Part shown: positions 25,788 to 27,177 of the stretch, one piece after another
How positions within the stretch are numbered: position 1 is the first letter of the stretch
How the letters are laid out: each line of letters starts with the position of its first letter
Assembly (NCBI GenBank): GCA_964631415.1
Contig: CAZVZC010000014.1
Span: forward strand, 14,343 to 41,519
Direction: 5' to 3'
DNA from: an uncultured archaeon
Lineage (GTDB): Archaea > Asgardarchaeota > Thorarchaeia > Thorarchaeales > Thorarchaeaceae
Length of the DNA: 27,177 nucleotides
Made by a program: the position numbers and the translations under genes
Notes under the pieces: model-generated
The model's database searches: none
Told to the model about the DNA's origin: nothing
Seen by the model: the letters and a program-made list of their open reading frames with translations, nothing else

Positions 25788-26731
25788 TGGTTTCGCCTCG
25801 CAAGAACAAGACCTCCGGAAGTGCCGGACATGAGCAGTTCCCTGAGGTCATCTGGAACAGTAGGTTTCACCACGGAGGCAGAAGCCAGCACTCTTCGGGT
25901 TTCTTCTATGTAGTGCTTCAATAGCAACCTAATCAGTCCCAGCTTCTGGCTGGTTCGGTCAACCCAAAGGCTGAACACTCCGTTCGGTACTGCATAGATG
26001 AAGTGCCTAACGCGATCCGTTTCGCACAGCACGGTCTCAAGAGAACTGTTGCGAAGAGTCTTCACAACCCGTTCTGATGCATCGTATAGGGCAAATGACA
26101 TTGCAGCCATTCTGTCGTTTGTGAAGCCGTCAAGAGACACGCGGACACCTCCGCTCAACGCCAGAAAGACGGACTCGATTTCGCTGACGCTGTCGTGAAC
26201 TTGCCGTAGAATGTTCCTGAGTGCCATGGCTTGAGACCGATCTAGCGAAATAATCGAGCGGTTGGCCGCGTAGGCTGTACTGCGACTCTCTGCGACCGAG
26301 AACCCAGAAAGCACCTGCCGAGTTTCATCGGCGTTGTAAGAACGAAGCGGTGGAAGACGTTTCTCTGCCTCTTGCTTCAATAGAAATGACACCCGCGACA
26401 GAGAGTCTCTCATCTCAATGAAGAGCGCTGCAAGATTGACTCTGGGTGCTGTGGTGATTGCAAGAAAGTAGTCCGGGTCGTTGGGTAATGACGCTAGGAA
26501 GACCTTGGAAGTATCTGATTCCATCAAGAGATACTTGAAGCCATTGTGGATGAGTTTGGCCACCCCGAATATCGCACATGAGGAGGAAGCTACTGCAAAG
26601 ACCTCCTCCTTGCTGAACCATACACCTGCACTGGCAACCGGAAGGCCGTCCTTCTGAATGAGAACAACATTCTCAACTCCAGAGATTGTCTTGATGTTCT
26701 GGAGAGTTTCGTTGAGGCCTTCGATCACCAT
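25784..26731 (-). CDS. Tandem double Roadblock/LC7 (MglB-like) protein
   Basis: Two ~110-aa units: GVENVVLIQKDGLPVAS...VNLAALFIEM and EIESVFLALSGGVRV...MAAMSFAL...KLGLIRLLL. Confidence 0.85.
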   Translation of the reverse strand: MVIEGLNETLQNIKTISGVENVVLIQKDGLPVASAGVWFSKEEVFAVASSSCAIFGVAKLIHNGFKYLLMESDTSKVFLASLPNDPDYFLAITTAPRVNLAALFIEMRDSLSRVSFLLKQEAEKRLPPLRSYNADETRQVLSGFSVAESRSTAYAANRSIISLDRSQAMALRNILRQVHDSVSEIESVFLALSGGVRVSLDGFTNDRMAAMSFALYDASERVVKTLRNSSLETVLCETDRVRHFIYAVPNGVFSLWVDRTSQKLGLIRLLLKHYIEETRRVLASASVVKPTVPDDLRELLMSGTSGGLVLARRNQ

Positions 26732-26773
26732 GCAACCCCACATCAATCAGTTCAAGGTAGATTCCCAGTGTAC

Positions 26774-26784
26774 ACTATATAATC
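26774..26784 (-). promoter_or_regulatory. TATA box for Roadblock-DENN-GTPase operon
   Basis: gattatatagt on the minus strand about 45 nt upstream of ATG 26731. Confidence 0.55.
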
Positions 26785-26832
26785 ACCACACAGCAGGAGC
26801 TTCAGAGTCATCCCACTAAGCGATAGTGCGTG

Positions 26833-26995
26833 ACAGTCGCCTACAGGATGGACAATGTCGGACTCTCTAGAATACGAACCCAGCTAGCTCCTCACCGATT
26901 CAATCTCCGAAACTGTCCCTGACTGGCATGAAGCAGTAGGGCCCCAGTGCTGCTTCTGGGAGGATAAGCACTCCTGATCAGACCTTGTCCAACTA
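26833..26995 (+). repeat. Dispersed/tandem intergenic repeat, copy C (more diverged)
   Basis: Shares acag..gccta...ggac, atctccgaa, ccccagtgc.g.ttctgggagga.aag.actcctg and ttgtccaact with copies A and B. Confidence 0.8.
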
Positions 26996-27009
26996 ACAAA
27001 GGGCTGACA

Positions 27010-27177
27010 ACAGCTGCCTAGAAGTTAGACAGTCTTGGACATTCTCGAGTAGGGGCTTAAATAGCTCGAAGCAGACATCTCTTTGAGGCTGACTCGACAC
27101 ATTCCAGCCCCAAGGAGTACGACCCCAGTGCCGTTTCTGGGAGGACAAGGACTCCTGTGTCCAACTTTGTCCAACTT
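27010..27177 (+). repeat. ~168-bp intergenic repeat, copy B (reaches window end)
   Basis: Same length as, and collinear with, the reverse complement of 3058-3225. Confidence 0.9.

Noticed and set aside
26833-27177. Possible CRISPR array or integron cassette array
   Set aside because: Units are ~170 bp and diverged along their whole length, with no unique spacers or cassette ORFs and no cas or integrase gene in the window.
1-27177. Selenoprotein, stop-codon readthrough or intein candidates
   Set aside because: The recognised genes are of expected length with no in-frame TGA at conserved positions and no intein-sized insertions.

Overview
This is an archaeal chromosomal segment with no CRISPR array, transposase or integrase. 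Its gene content suggests an Asgard archaeon, possibly Thorarchaeia-like (inference). Core genes include csl4 (partial), a METTL5-like methylase, cdc6/orc1, PolD DP1, a PhoU regulator, a phosphopentomutase-like mutase, a flavodoxin-fold protein, two intron-containing tRNAs, eS1, FAU-1, KEOPS subunits (pcc1, bud32, kae1), GAN/Cdc45, uS15, Sm, DUF460, ArsR, herA, nurA and pyrG. The best candidate for an undescribed system is a tightly coupled three-gene operon at 24.3-26.7 kb. It encodes a tandem double-Roadblock protein, a longin-less DENN-core-like protein (folliculin/SMCR8-like pattern) and an MglA-type small GTPase, which would make it a minimal analogue of the Ragulator/Rag/FLCN module. Other notable items are a ~168-bp intergenic repeat family (3 copies, one between cdc6 and DP1), a stand-alone TFIIS-like zinc ribbon with a basic rather than acidic tip, a nuclease-dead GAN/Cdc45, a tRNA-Leu with a variable-arm intron and a Csl4 with an RG-rich repeated tail. 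All family calls come from motif reading and recalled reference sequences; no searches were run.
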